This document shows, piece after piece, positions 1-12,100 of a stretch of 64,000 bases of DNA (positions are counted from its first letter, which is position 1; each line of letters starts with the position of its first letter). Source of the stretch: Hydrolagus colliei (lineage: Eukaryota); assembly GCA_035084275.1 (NCBI GenBank), contig CM068757.1, forward strand, positions 15,438,001 to 15,502,000, read 5' to 3'. The position numbers and the translations under genes were made by a program. The notes under the pieces are model-generated. The model worked only from the letters and a program-made list of their open reading frames with translations. It did no database searches and was not told the origin of the DNA.

Positions 1-3000
1 GTGGTTGGGGTCTCTGTTGATGTGGTGGTTGGACTCACTGTGGATGTGGTGGTTGGAGCCTCTGTTGATGTGGTGGTTGGACTCACTGTTGATGTGGTGG
101 TTGGAGCCTCTGTTGATGTGGTGGTTGGACTCACTGTTGATGTGGTGGTTGGTAAGGTTGTTGATGTGGTGGTTGGAGCAGCTGTTGATGTGGTGGTTGG
201 AGTCACTGTTGTTGAACAAGACATTGAGCAGCATAGAATACTTATCTGATAATTATCACAAAGTGGAATATCCCCAGCCTGGTCCTTATTGTAGCATTTG
301 AGACCAAATGAAACATTACACTGCGCATTCTGTTTAAGATTATCAAATAGAATGTCTGGAGTTTTTTCTGCTCTACACTTGATATCACTGGGGATCAGAC
401 ATATATTGTGTTTCATTCTGATATTTTCATATGTTTCAAAATCACCACCTGCTTCACCCAGCTGTGGCTGATATACATCAAACCACTTGGTCCATTCACA
501 TCTGGGTACACAAGTTGTAATGGATGTGGAGGTTGGAGCCTCTGTTGATGTGGTGGTTGGAGAAGCTGTCGATGTGGTGGTTGGACTCATTGTTGATGTG
601 GTGGTTGGTAAGTTTGTTGATGTGCTGGTTGGAGCCTCTGTTGAAGTGGAGGTTGGAGCCTCTGTTGATGTTGTGGTTGGACTCACTGTAGATGTGGTTG
701 GAGCAGCTGTTGATGTGGTGGTTGGACTCACTGTGGATGTGGTGGTTGGGGCCTCTGTTGATGTGGTGGTTGGACTCACTGTGGATGTGGTCGTTGGTAA
801 GCTTGTTGATGTGGTGGTTGGAGCAGCTATTGACGTGGTGGTTGGAGCCACTGTTGTTGAACAAGACATTGAGCAGCATAGAATACTTATCTGATAATTA
901 TCACAAAGTGGAATATCCCCAGCCTGGTCCTTATTGTAGCATTTGAGACCAAATGAAACATTACACTGCGCATTCTGTTTAAGATTATCAAATAGAATGT
1001 CTGGAGTTTTTTCTGCTCTGCACTTGATATCACTGGGGATCAGACATATATCGTGTTTCATTCTGATATTTTCATATGTTTCAAAATCACCACCTGCTTC
1101 ACCCAGCTGTGGCTGAGATACATCAAACCACTTGGTCCATTCACATCTGGGAACACAAGTTGTAACGGATGTGGGGGTTCGAGAAGCTGTTGATGTGGTG
1201 GTTGGACTCAATGTTGATGTGGTGGTTGGACTCAATGTTGATGTGGTGGTTGGAGCCTTTGTTGATGTGGTGGTTGGACTCACTGTGGATGTGGTGGTTG
1301 GAGCCTCTGTTGATGTGGTGGTTGGACTCACTGTGGATGTGGTGGTTGGGGTCTCCGTTGATGTGGTGGTTGGACTCACTGTGGATGTGGTGGTTGGAGC
1401 CTCTGTTGATGTGGTGGTTGGACTCACTGTGGATGTGGTGGTTGGAGCCTCTGTTGATGTGGTGGTTGGACTCACTGTGGATGTGGTGGTTGGTAAGGTT
1501 GTTGATGTGGTGGTTGGAGCAGCTGTTGATGTGGTGGTTGGAGCCACTGTTGTTGAACAAGACATTGAGCAGCATAGAATACTTATCTGATAATTATCAC
1601 AAAGTGGAATATCCCCAGCCTGGTCCTTATTGTAGCATTTGAGACCAAATGAAACATTACACTGCGCATTCTGTTTAAGATTATCAAATAGAATGTCTGG
1701 AGTTTTTTCTGCTCTACACTTGATATCACTGGGGATCAGACATATATTGTGTTTCATTCTGATATTTTCATATGTTTCAAAATCACCACCTGCTTCACCC
1801 AGCTGTGGCTGATATACATCAAACCACTTGGTCCATTCACATCTGGGTACACAAGTTGTAATGGATGTGGAGGTTGGAGCCTCTGTTGATGTGGTGGTTG
1901 GAGAAGCTGTCGATGTGGTGGTTGGACTCAATGTTGATGTGGTGGTTGGAGCCTTTGTTGATGTGGTGGTTGGACTCACTGTGGATGTGGTGGTTGGAGC
2001 CCCTGTTGATGTGGTGGTTGGACTCACTGTGGATGTGGTGGTTGGGGTCTCTGTTGATGTGGTGGTTGGACTCACTGTGGATGTGGTGGTTGGAGCCTCT
2101 GTTGATGTGGTGGTTGGACTCACTGTGGATGTGGTGGTTGGAGCCTCTGTTGATGTGGTGGTTGGACTCACTGTGGATGTGGTGGTTGGTAAGGTTGTTG
2201 ATGTGGTGGTTGGAGCAGCTGTTGATGTGGTGGTTGGAGCCACTGTTGTTGAACAAGACATTGAGCAGCATAGAATACTTATCTGATAATTATCACAAAG
2301 TGGAATATCCCCAGCCTGGTCCTTATTGTAGCATTTGAGACCAAATGAAACATTACACTGCGCATTCTGTTTAAGATTATCAAATAGAATGTCTGGAGTT
2401 TTTTCTGCTCTACACTTGATATCACTGGGGATCAGACATATATTGTGTTTCATTCTGATATTTTCATATGTTTCAAAATCACCACCTGCTTCACCCAGCT
2501 GTGGCTGATATACATCAAACCACTTGGTCCATTCACATCTGGGTACACAAGTTGTAATGGATGTGGAGGTTGGAGCCTCTGTTGATGTGGTGGTTGGAGA
2601 AGCTGTCGATGTGGTGGTTGGACTCAATGTTGATGTGGTGGTTGGAGCCTTTGTTGATGTGGTGGTTGGACTCACTGTGGATGTGGTGGTTGGAGCCCCT
2701 GTTGATGTGGTGGTTGGACTCACTGTGGATGTGGTGGTTGGGGTCTCTGTTGATGTGGTGGTTGGACTCACTGTGGATGTGGTGGTTGGAGCCTCTGTTG
2801 ATGTGGTGGTTGGACTCACTGTTGATGTGGTGGTTGGGGCCTCTGTTGATGTGGTGGTTGGACTCACTGTGGATGTGGTGGTTGGTAAGGTTGTTGATGT
2901 GGTGGTTGGAGCAGCTGTTGATGTGGTGGTTGGAGTCACTGTTGTTGAACAAGACATTGAGCAGCATAGAATACTTATCTGATAATTATCACAAAGTGGA

Positions 3001-6000
3001 ATATCCCCAGCCTGGTCCTTATTGTAGCATTTGAGACCAAATGAAACATTACACTGCGCATTCTGTTTAAGATTATCAAATAGAATGTCTGGAGTTTTTT
3101 CTGCTCTACACTTGATATCACTGGGGATCAGACATATATTGTGTTTCATTCTGATATTTTCATATGTTTCAAAATCACCACCTGCTTCACCCAGCTGTGG
3201 CTGATATACATCAAACCATTTGGTCCATTCACATCTGGGTACACAAGTTGTAATGGATGTGGAGGTTGGAGCCTCTGTTGATGTGGTGGTTGGAGAAGCT
3301 GTCGATGTGGTGGTTGGACTCATTGTTGATGTGGTGGTTGGACTCACTGTGGATGTGGTGGTTGGTAAGTTTGTTGATGTGCTGGTTGGAGCCTCTGTTG
3401 ATGTGGAGGTTGGAGCCTCTGTTGATGTTGTGGTTGGACTCACTGTAGATGTGGTTGGAGCAGCTGTTGATGTGGTGGTTGGACTCACTGTGGATGTGGT
3501 GGTTGGGGCCTCTGTTGATGTGGTGGTTGGACTCACTGTGGATGTGGTGGTTGGTAAGCTTGTTGATGTGGTGGTTGGAGCAGCTGTTGACGTGGTGGTT
3601 GGGGCCTCTGTTGATGTGGTGGTTGGACTCGCTGTTGATGTGGTGGTTGGACTCACTGTTGATGTGGTGGTTGGTAAGGTTGTTGATGTGGTGGATGGAG
3701 CAGCTGTTGATGTGGTGGTTGGAGCCACTGTTGTTGAACAAGACATTGAGCAGCATAGAATACTTATCTGATAATTATCACAAAGTGGAATATCCCCAGC
3801 CTGGTCCTTATTGTAGCATTTGAGACCAAATGAAACATTACACTGCGCATTCTGTTTAAGATTATCAAATAGAATGTCTGGAGTTTTTTCTGCTCTGCAC
3901 TTGATATCACTGGGGATCAGACATATATCGTGTTTCATTCTGATATTTTCATATGTTTCAAAATCACCACCTGCTTCACCCAGCTGTGGCTGAGATACAT
4001 CAAACCACTTGGTCCATTCACATCTGGGAACACAAGTTGTAACGGATGTGGGGGTTGGAGAAGCTGTTGATGTGGTGGTTGGGGTCTCTGTTGATGTGGT
4101 GGTTGGACTCACTGTGGATGTGGTGGTTGGAGCCTCTGTTGATGTGGTGGTTGGAGACTCTGTTGATGTGGTTGTTGGACTTACTGTTGATGTGGAGGTT
4201 GGAGCCACTGTTGATGTGGTGGTTGGTAAGGTTGTTGATGTGGTGGTTGGACTCAATGTTGATGTGGTGGTTGCAGCCTCTGTTGATATGGTTGTTGGAG
4301 CAGCTGTTGATGTGGTGGTTGGAGCTGCTGTTGAGTCGCAGGCCGCATAATGGCAACAGTAAATGCTTATTTCATAATTTTTGCAGATTGGTGGAAACTG
4401 GTCATCATTTCTGCAAACAAGTCCAATAGATTTATTGCAAAGTACTATTTGATTCAAATCCTCTAAGTTCACATCTTCATAACCTATTGCTCTGCATTTA
4501 ATGTCATCTGGCTTCAAACAAATATGGTATCCCTTACTTCTAATATTTTCATAGGTTTCAAAATCTCCCTGACCTGATCCATAGTTAGGGTAGCTGACAT
4601 TATACCAGGGAGACCAATCGCACACCATCTGACAGGTGTTAGTTTCAGGAGGTCCTGTTGATGTGGTGATTGAAACAGTTGTTGATGTTGTAGTTGGAGT
4701 CACTGTTAATATGGTGGTTTTAGCAGCTGTTGATGTGGTTGTGGGAGGCACTGTTGATGTGGTGGTTGGTAAGGTTGTTGATGTGTTGGTTGGACTGAAT
4801 GTTGATGTGCTGGTTGGAGCCTCTGTTGATGTAGTGGTTGGAGCCTCTGTTGATGTGGTGGTTGGAGCAGCTGTTGATGTGGTGGTTGGAGCAGCTGTTG
4901 ATGTGGTGGTTGGACTCACTGTGGATGTGGTGGTTGGGGCCTCTGTTGATGTGGTGGTTGGACTCACTGTGGATGTGGTGGTTGGTAAGGTTGTTGATGT
5001 GGTGGTTGGAGCAGCTGTTGATGTGGTGGTTGGAGTCACTGTTGTTGAACAAGACATTGAGCAGCATAGAATACTTATCTGATAATTATCACAAAGTGGA
5101 ACATCCCCAACCTGGTCCTTATTGTAGCATTTGAGACCAAATGAAACATTACACTGCGCATTCTGTTTAAGATTATCAAATAGAATGTCTGGAGTTTTTT
5201 CTGCTCTGCACTTGATATCACTGGGGATCAGACATATATCGTGTTTCATTCTGATATTTTCATATGTTTCAAAATCACCACCTGCTTCACCCAGCTGTGG
5301 CTGAGATACATCAAACCACTTGGTCCATTCACATCTGGGCACACAAGTTGTAATGGATGTGGAGACTGGAGGCACTATTGATGTTGTGGTTGGTAAGGTT
5401 GTTGATGTGGTGGTTGGACTCAATGTTGATGTGCTGGTTGGAGCAACTGTTGATGTGCTTGTTGGAGCCTCTGTTGATTTGGTGGTTGGAGACTCTGTTG
5501 ATGTGGTTGTTGGACTTACTGTTGATGTGGAGGTTGGAGCCACTGTTGATGTGGTGGTTGGTAAGGTTGTTGATGTGGTGGTTGGACTCAATGTTGATGT
5601 GGTGGTTGCAGCCTCTGTTGATATGGTTGTTGGAGCATGTGTTGATGTGGTGGTTGGAGCTGCTGTTGAGTCGCAGGCCGTATAATGGCAACAGTAAATG
5701 CTTATTTCATAATCTTTGCAGATTGGTGGAAACTGGTCATCATTTCTGCAAACAAGTCCAATAGATTTATTGCAAAGTACTATTTGATTCAAATCCTCTA
5801 AGTTCACATCTTCATAACCTATTGCTCTGCATTTAATGTCATCTGGCTTCAAACAAATATGGTATCCCTTACTTCTAATATTTTCATAGGTTTCAAAATC
5901 TCCCTGACCTGATCCATAGTTAGGGTAGCTGACATTATACCAGGGAGACCAATCGCACACCATCTGACAGGTGTTAGTTTCAGGAGGTCCTGTTGATGTG

Positions 6001-6133
6001 GTGATTGAAACAGTTGTTGATGTTGTAGTTGGAGTCACTGTTAATATGGTGGTTGTAGCAGCTGTTGATGTGGTTGTGGAAGGCACTGTTGATGTGGTTG
6101 TGGGAGGCACTGTTGATGTGGTGGTCGAAGAAG
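1..6133 (-). CDS. Central PTS/CysD exon of the MUC5-like mucin (open to window edge)
   Basis: The minus frame reads PTTTSTxx repeats running in frame into CysD domains. It is absent from the ORF track, probably because no stop lies inside the window. The acceptor at 6133 is inferred from phase. Confidence 0.9.
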
Positions 6134-9100
6134 CTGTTGATGTGGTGGTTGGATTCAAGGATAAATTTGTATCAATAAATAATCTTTGCATTTGATATGA
6201 TGTCAATAATATTCTATATTGTATCAAATTTGACTATTTGCAGTTCACCATTCCATGCTTTGATTTGTTATTAATTCTAGGTTATTGGGTCTGAAACACT
6301 CAGAGTCCTGCATCTTGGGATATCATCTGACGTGAAAGGCGCGATACAAATGTAATTTTGTTGTTGCTGTAGGTTCAGATGGATTGAAAGGAGAGGGGTT
6401 ATTTATTTAAGAGGTCCAATTTTTTATTGTGTTTTTATTTCTTGAAGGATTATTTTCATGCATGTGTAGTAAGGAATCTTGCCCTGCCTGGAATCAAACC
6501 CAGGTCTCTTGCTTGTGAAGCGAGCGCTCTAACCACTGAGCTATAGGGCTCTACATATATGGTTTAGTGCTGCAAAGAGCAATTTCAGGATATACACCAG
6601 GAATTTTTTTTACTCTATGGTTAATTAATACTGGAATAGGTTGCTAGGGAGGGTGGTCGAGACCAGGATACTGGATATTTCAAAATAAATTTAATGGTAG
6701 GACAGTAGAGTGGGTATTGTGGATTGACAAGATCAGATGGACTGAAAGTCCATCTTCATCCCAACCAATCTTTTCATTCTTTGTCTTCCGCCAATGCAGC
6801 CCTCATCTGTTACAGCATTGAAATATAAGCCAAACTTTGAGTTTAAAATCTGAACACGGGGCTTTATCCTACAGTGTTTTAAAACATCTGCTGTCTGAGA
6901 TCTACCTGTTGTGGACTCCGTCTGTGTGACTGTAGTGGCTGATGAGATTTCGAAAATCAGTGTTGTACTGGGCACTGTGGAAGGCATTGGAGTACAAGGG
7001 TAGACTTCTCTGTTTATTGTTCCATTCACAGAACAAGTTGCTTTGATGCACCCTCCAATACCATCTGTTGTATGGTAGATTATATCACCTTCGTGGAAGA
7101 TTTTGTCATCATACACACAGGTGCATTCTGCAAAAAATAGAGGTCACAAACATCAGTCACAATCTATGAAATGGATAGTCATAAACTCTGAATAAAAGAT
7201 ACAAGAGATCTAATTGATGCCAAGTGAACCTACCCTCTTTGTTGTAGCTGCATTCTATATCATTGTTGACACATTTGCTAAAATAAATTGAAACCAAAAC
7301 ATTAGTTACATATTTTTATATTTGAAGTGTTTTTTTTGCAAAGTACAATAAAATGGATATAATTGCTTACTTTTCTTTGCACTCATAAATCTCACTGAAT
7401 CAGATACAATTTCATTCTTTGGATGAAATATTAAATCAAGGTCTGTTGGTTCAGGTCGACATTAAGGACGTTAGACCCCACGCACTAGTGAAGGCAGAGA
7501 GTGCCAGTGGTTGGGGGTATAATGACTCAGCAAGGCTCAAGAACTGATGGAATGGACAGGGTGTGCAGCAAGCTTGTGTTAGTTGAGTGGAGGAAGCAGG
7601 CAGGGAATGAGGTTCAAGCAGATCACAGAGACATGGAGGCGCCAGACATGAAACAATTTGCTTATCATAGAATCATAGAATCTTATGGCACAAAAGGAGG
7701 CCATTCGGCCCATCAAGTCTGTGCCAGCAATTTAAAAAGAGCAATTTAATCCCACACCACAGCTCTGTCCCCATAACCTCACAAACCTGTCCTCCCCAAA
7801 TAAATGTCTACCTTTCTTTTAAAAGTTGTTATCGAATCGGCCTCCACCACCTTTTCAGGCAATGCATTCCAGATTTGAACAACTCGCTGGGTGAAAAAAT
7901 TTCTCCTCATCTCCCCTCTGCTTCTTTTTGAAACAATTTTAAATCTGTGACCACGAATTTCACTGATATGCCCACCAGTGGAAACAGTTTATCCCTATCT
8001 ACTCTGTGAAATCCCCACATGATCTTAAAAACCTCTATTAGGCCTCCTCGCAACCTTCTTTGTTCCAATGAGAATAAATCTAACCTCTCTAGCCTTTCCT
8101 CATAGCTGTAGTCCCTCATTCCTGGTACCATCCTAGTAAATCTCCTCTCCATCCTTTCCAATGCCTTAACATCCTTCCTAAAGTGTGGTGACCAGAATTG
8201 TACACAGAACTCTAGCTAAGGCTAGATGTTAGACTAGCAAAGTTTTACAGAGTTTAGTCAGAACTTCCTGACTTTTGTACTCTATGCCCCTATCTATAAA
8301 GCCTAGTATCCCTATCCCATATGCTTTTTTGATAGCCTTGTCTACCTGTCCTGCCCCCTTCAAAGAATCACTCACACGAACTGTCACGTCTCTCTGTTCC
8401 TTCACACCCTTTAAAATTGCACTACCTAGCCTATATTGCCACCCCTCATTTCTCCTCCCAAAATGCATCACCTCACATTTCTCTACATTAAACTTCATCT
8501 GCCATGTGTCTGCCCATTTTACCATTTGGTCTATATCTTCTTGCAGTTGACTACTATCCTCCTCACTATTCACTATTTTTCCTAACTTTGTGTGATCTGC
8601 AAGCTTCGAAATGGTACTCCCTATATCCAAGTCCAGATCATTAATATCAATTAAATAGAGCAGTGGTCCCAATACCGATCCCTGGGGGATGCCACTGTAC
8701 ACTTCCCTACAGTCAGAAAAGCAGCCATTCACCACAACTCCCTGCTTTCTGTCTCCCAGCCAGTTCTGGATCCATGCTGCCACTGTCACTTTTACACCAT
8801 GGGCCTCTATTTTCTTTATAAGCCTTTCATATGGCATTTTATCAAATGCCTTTTGAAAATCCATATAAACTACATCAATTGCACTACGCTCATCCACACA
8901 TTCCGTTACCTCATCAAAATATTCTATCAGATTTGTCAGGCAAGATTTGCCTTTACCAAATCCATGCTGGCTGTCCTTTATTAACCTATATCTTTTGAAG
9001 TGAAGATCTATCTTGTCCTTGATTATAATCCCTAAAAGTTTCCCCACTACTGATGTTAGACTAGCTGGCCTGTTGTTCCCAGGTTTGTTCTTCTGCCCCT

Positions 9101-12100
9101 TTTTGTACAGGGGAGTAACATTAGCAACCTTCTAATCCTCTGGTACCACCCCTGTGTCCAAGGAAGATTGAAAGATTGTGGCCAGAGTCTCTGCTATTTG
9201 CTCCTGTACTTCCCTTAGTAACCTAGGATGCATCCCATGCGGACTGGGCGACTTATCTACCTTGAGCGCCGTCAACCTTTTAGTATTTGCTCTCTGTTTA
9301 TACTAATCCTATCCATTTCCTTTACCCTTTCCTCCGGTACTGGGCATTGGCTGCATCTTCTTCTTTTGTGAAGACAGATGCAAAGTACTCATTCAGTACA
9401 TTAGCCATGCCCTATGCCTCCACAATAAGATTTCTTCCTTGGTCCCTAATTGGTCCCACCCTACCTTTCACTAACCTTTTATTCTTGATATGCTTATAAA
9501 ATACCTTAGGGTTCCCTTTAATGTTACCTGCTAATCGTTTCTCACACATTCTTTTTGCCCCTCTAATTTCCCTTTTCAGTTCCCTCCTGCACTTCCTATA
9601 TTCTAATTGGTTGTCTTCTGTACTTTGGGAATTATATTTGTCATAAGCCTCCTTTTTTTGTTTTATTTTAGTCCTAATTTCCCTAGTCATCCAGGGAGGT
9701 CTGGATGCCCTACTTTTTACCTTTGTGGAAATGTATCTGTTCTGTGCCCGAACTATCTCCTCCTTGCAGACTTCCTACTGCTCCTTAGCTGTTTTACCTA
9801 CCAATCTTTCTCTCCAGTCCACCTTGGCTAGGTCCCTTTTTTAACTTGCTGAAATTAGCCTTCTTCCAGTTGAGTATCCTCAACTTTGATTGTTCCTTGT
9901 CCCTTTCCATAAGTACTTTGAATCTAATGATGTTGTGATCGCTATTGCCCAGATGCTCTCCTACAGAAACCTGCTCTAGTTGACCCGCTTCATTCCCCAA
10001 AACTAGATCCAGCACTGCTTCCTGAAGCACATATGAAGGTGAAGACTTTGAAGTCAGTCTATTTGGAGACAGGATGCCCATTGGAGCACAGCAAGGATTA
10101 GCCTAATGGGTGTGCAGTTTGGTGTGGGTGACATTTTACCTGGGGAATTATTAATCATAACTCTGAGAGAAATTCCTTTCTCTTTATGAATAGTGCTATG
10201 AGCAATTTAACATTGACACAGTACCTCAGTTTAACATCTCATCCAAAGGACAGTACCTCTGACAATGTAGCCCTTCCCCAGCAGCGCAATGCAATGTAGA
10301 CTATATGCTTAATGTCCCATTGTGAGGCTTGAACCCAGAAACTCTTCTTAGAGGTGAGATTATTATCAAGTAAACTAGGCTAACAAATATTAGTCAAATA
10401 AGTAGCTCTCCTTTTGTTACTTTCATAATGGAATTCTATTTATATTTGGGATCCTAGTCCCATTGAGTGGACATGCATACCATTCTGCCTCACTTCAATG
10501 GGCACAATTTGTTTCTCTACACCACAAAAGAGTATCTTGATGTTGTCATTATTGTTCGGTTAATAAATGTGAGACAGCTACAGCAACATTTACCATGATT
10601 GACAGTTCTGAGTTGAAGGAACAATCTGTCCTGGATCATAATGTTTTCCATTGATATAACATGGGCATTGTTCCACTGTAACACACTGCATTCCTTCCTC
10701 ATCCAGTAATGGCTTATCGCTGGGGCAGTCTGGGTAGCAACCTATGGGCAGAACAAACATCTCAAAGGTTTATAAACATATTATTTTTCTGACATTGACA
10801 AACTCTGCAATAATAATCTTTGTATTTGATATAGTGCCTCATCATATCATTGAGACGTCTCAAAGTACTTCACAGAATATCCGGCACAGTGAATTGACTG
10901 TATAAACAGATCATAAACTGCTTTCCCCCCACCCCACAGTTAACAGATATTGGACAATCTATGAATATTTATTGTGTAAAGATTATTTTATACTTTCCAC
11001 TAGAACTAGCAAAACTTTCAGAAATGATAATCTCAGTGTGTAAAGATAAAACTATAATAAATATTAGCTTGTGTTCTTTCCTGCACCAGGCTTTACAAGC
11101 CTATCACCCAGTCCTAGCCCAGCTTCCCTGGTTGCCTATTCCCAGAGGATCGAGGTCAAGATCTTCGTCCTCACTTTTAAATCCCTCCATGGTATTATTT
11201 CAGCCTACCTCTGTGATCTCCTAAAACTACCAAACCGCTTGTTCCATCCATTTGACAGGCACTGGCCTACTTCTCATCTCTGCTCACTAAACCATTGGGA
11301 GTCAGGCCTCCAGCCTTTCTGACTGCACTCTCTGAAACTCTATTCTCGAATCCCTTTGCCTTGCCCTCATTTTCTTCAAGGCCCGTCTCTTTGACCATGC
11401 TTTCATCTTCCCATCCCCACCTGCTTGGCTGCCCAAATCCAACTCCCAGCTCAGCTGCAATCTCTTGACTCTCCAGAGCCTTTGGTCATCCTGCTGATTT
11501 GAAAGGCATTTATATCAATGCAATTTGTTGCTGTTTATACAGTAAATAATACTGAGAACTAGGAGAGTGAATAAAACATACCTTCAAGTTTGGGAATGAT
11601 TTTGGAACATGCTCCACCAGGGTTTCGACAAGTTTTGACACAGAGAACCCCACAGGCTGCATAGTGCCATTTACATTCATCCTCAGGATTATAGTAGTCA
11701 CAAAACAGAGCTGAAAGCAAAGAATTCACTGTATTAATTTATTTCTGTACAATGTCTAGAGAATTCAACATCTCTATCTAATGAGTCCTGTTGAGGTGCC
11801 TCTTGATATATCAGTTGAAGGCTCTGGCTCACCTCAGCTGCTGGATCAAGAGTCATTCCAGGCTGATCTCACTGTCCAGCATAGAGGAAAATCTGACAAA
11901 GTATGTTTCCGTCACCTTTCAGTACACAGCCTGTCTCTACTTAGCTAGGGCAAAGCTGTAGTTATCAAATCCATGGAAAGCCTTTTCACTCAGCCTGCAT
12001 TACATGATAATGTGATGATAAATGAGAAACTGGCTACTGAATACGAATATAGGTAAACCCCGCTTAACGTTGCCTTGGTAAACGTTCTTTCATTATTACA

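Larger units (their letters stand above)
1..6153 (-). repeat. 24-bp coding minisatellite (8-aa unit, e.g. [24 protein letters not shown]) in blocks between the CysD domains
   Basis: Plus-strand unit GTTGATGTGGTGGTTGGA plus 6 variable nt, repeated with 24-nt period. Confidence 0.97.

Noticed and set aside
1-6000. Repeat-plus-spacer appearance suggesting a CRISPR array
   Set aside because: The 'spacers' are near-identical CysD coding units inside a eukaryotic exon, and there are no cas genes
1-6195. Val-rich (VDVVVG) and Trp/Leu-rich (LMWWL) plus-strand ORFs, and His/Asn-rich (NHHI) minus-strand ORFs
   Set aside because: Alternative-frame shadows of the 24-bp PTS repeat. The real frame is the minus frame that reads through the CysD domains.
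8229-9047. Reverse transcriptase ORF as part of a novel RT system
   Set aside because: Ordinary degenerate CR1 LINE in an intron; the catalytic FADD motif reads LADH and the frame is broken
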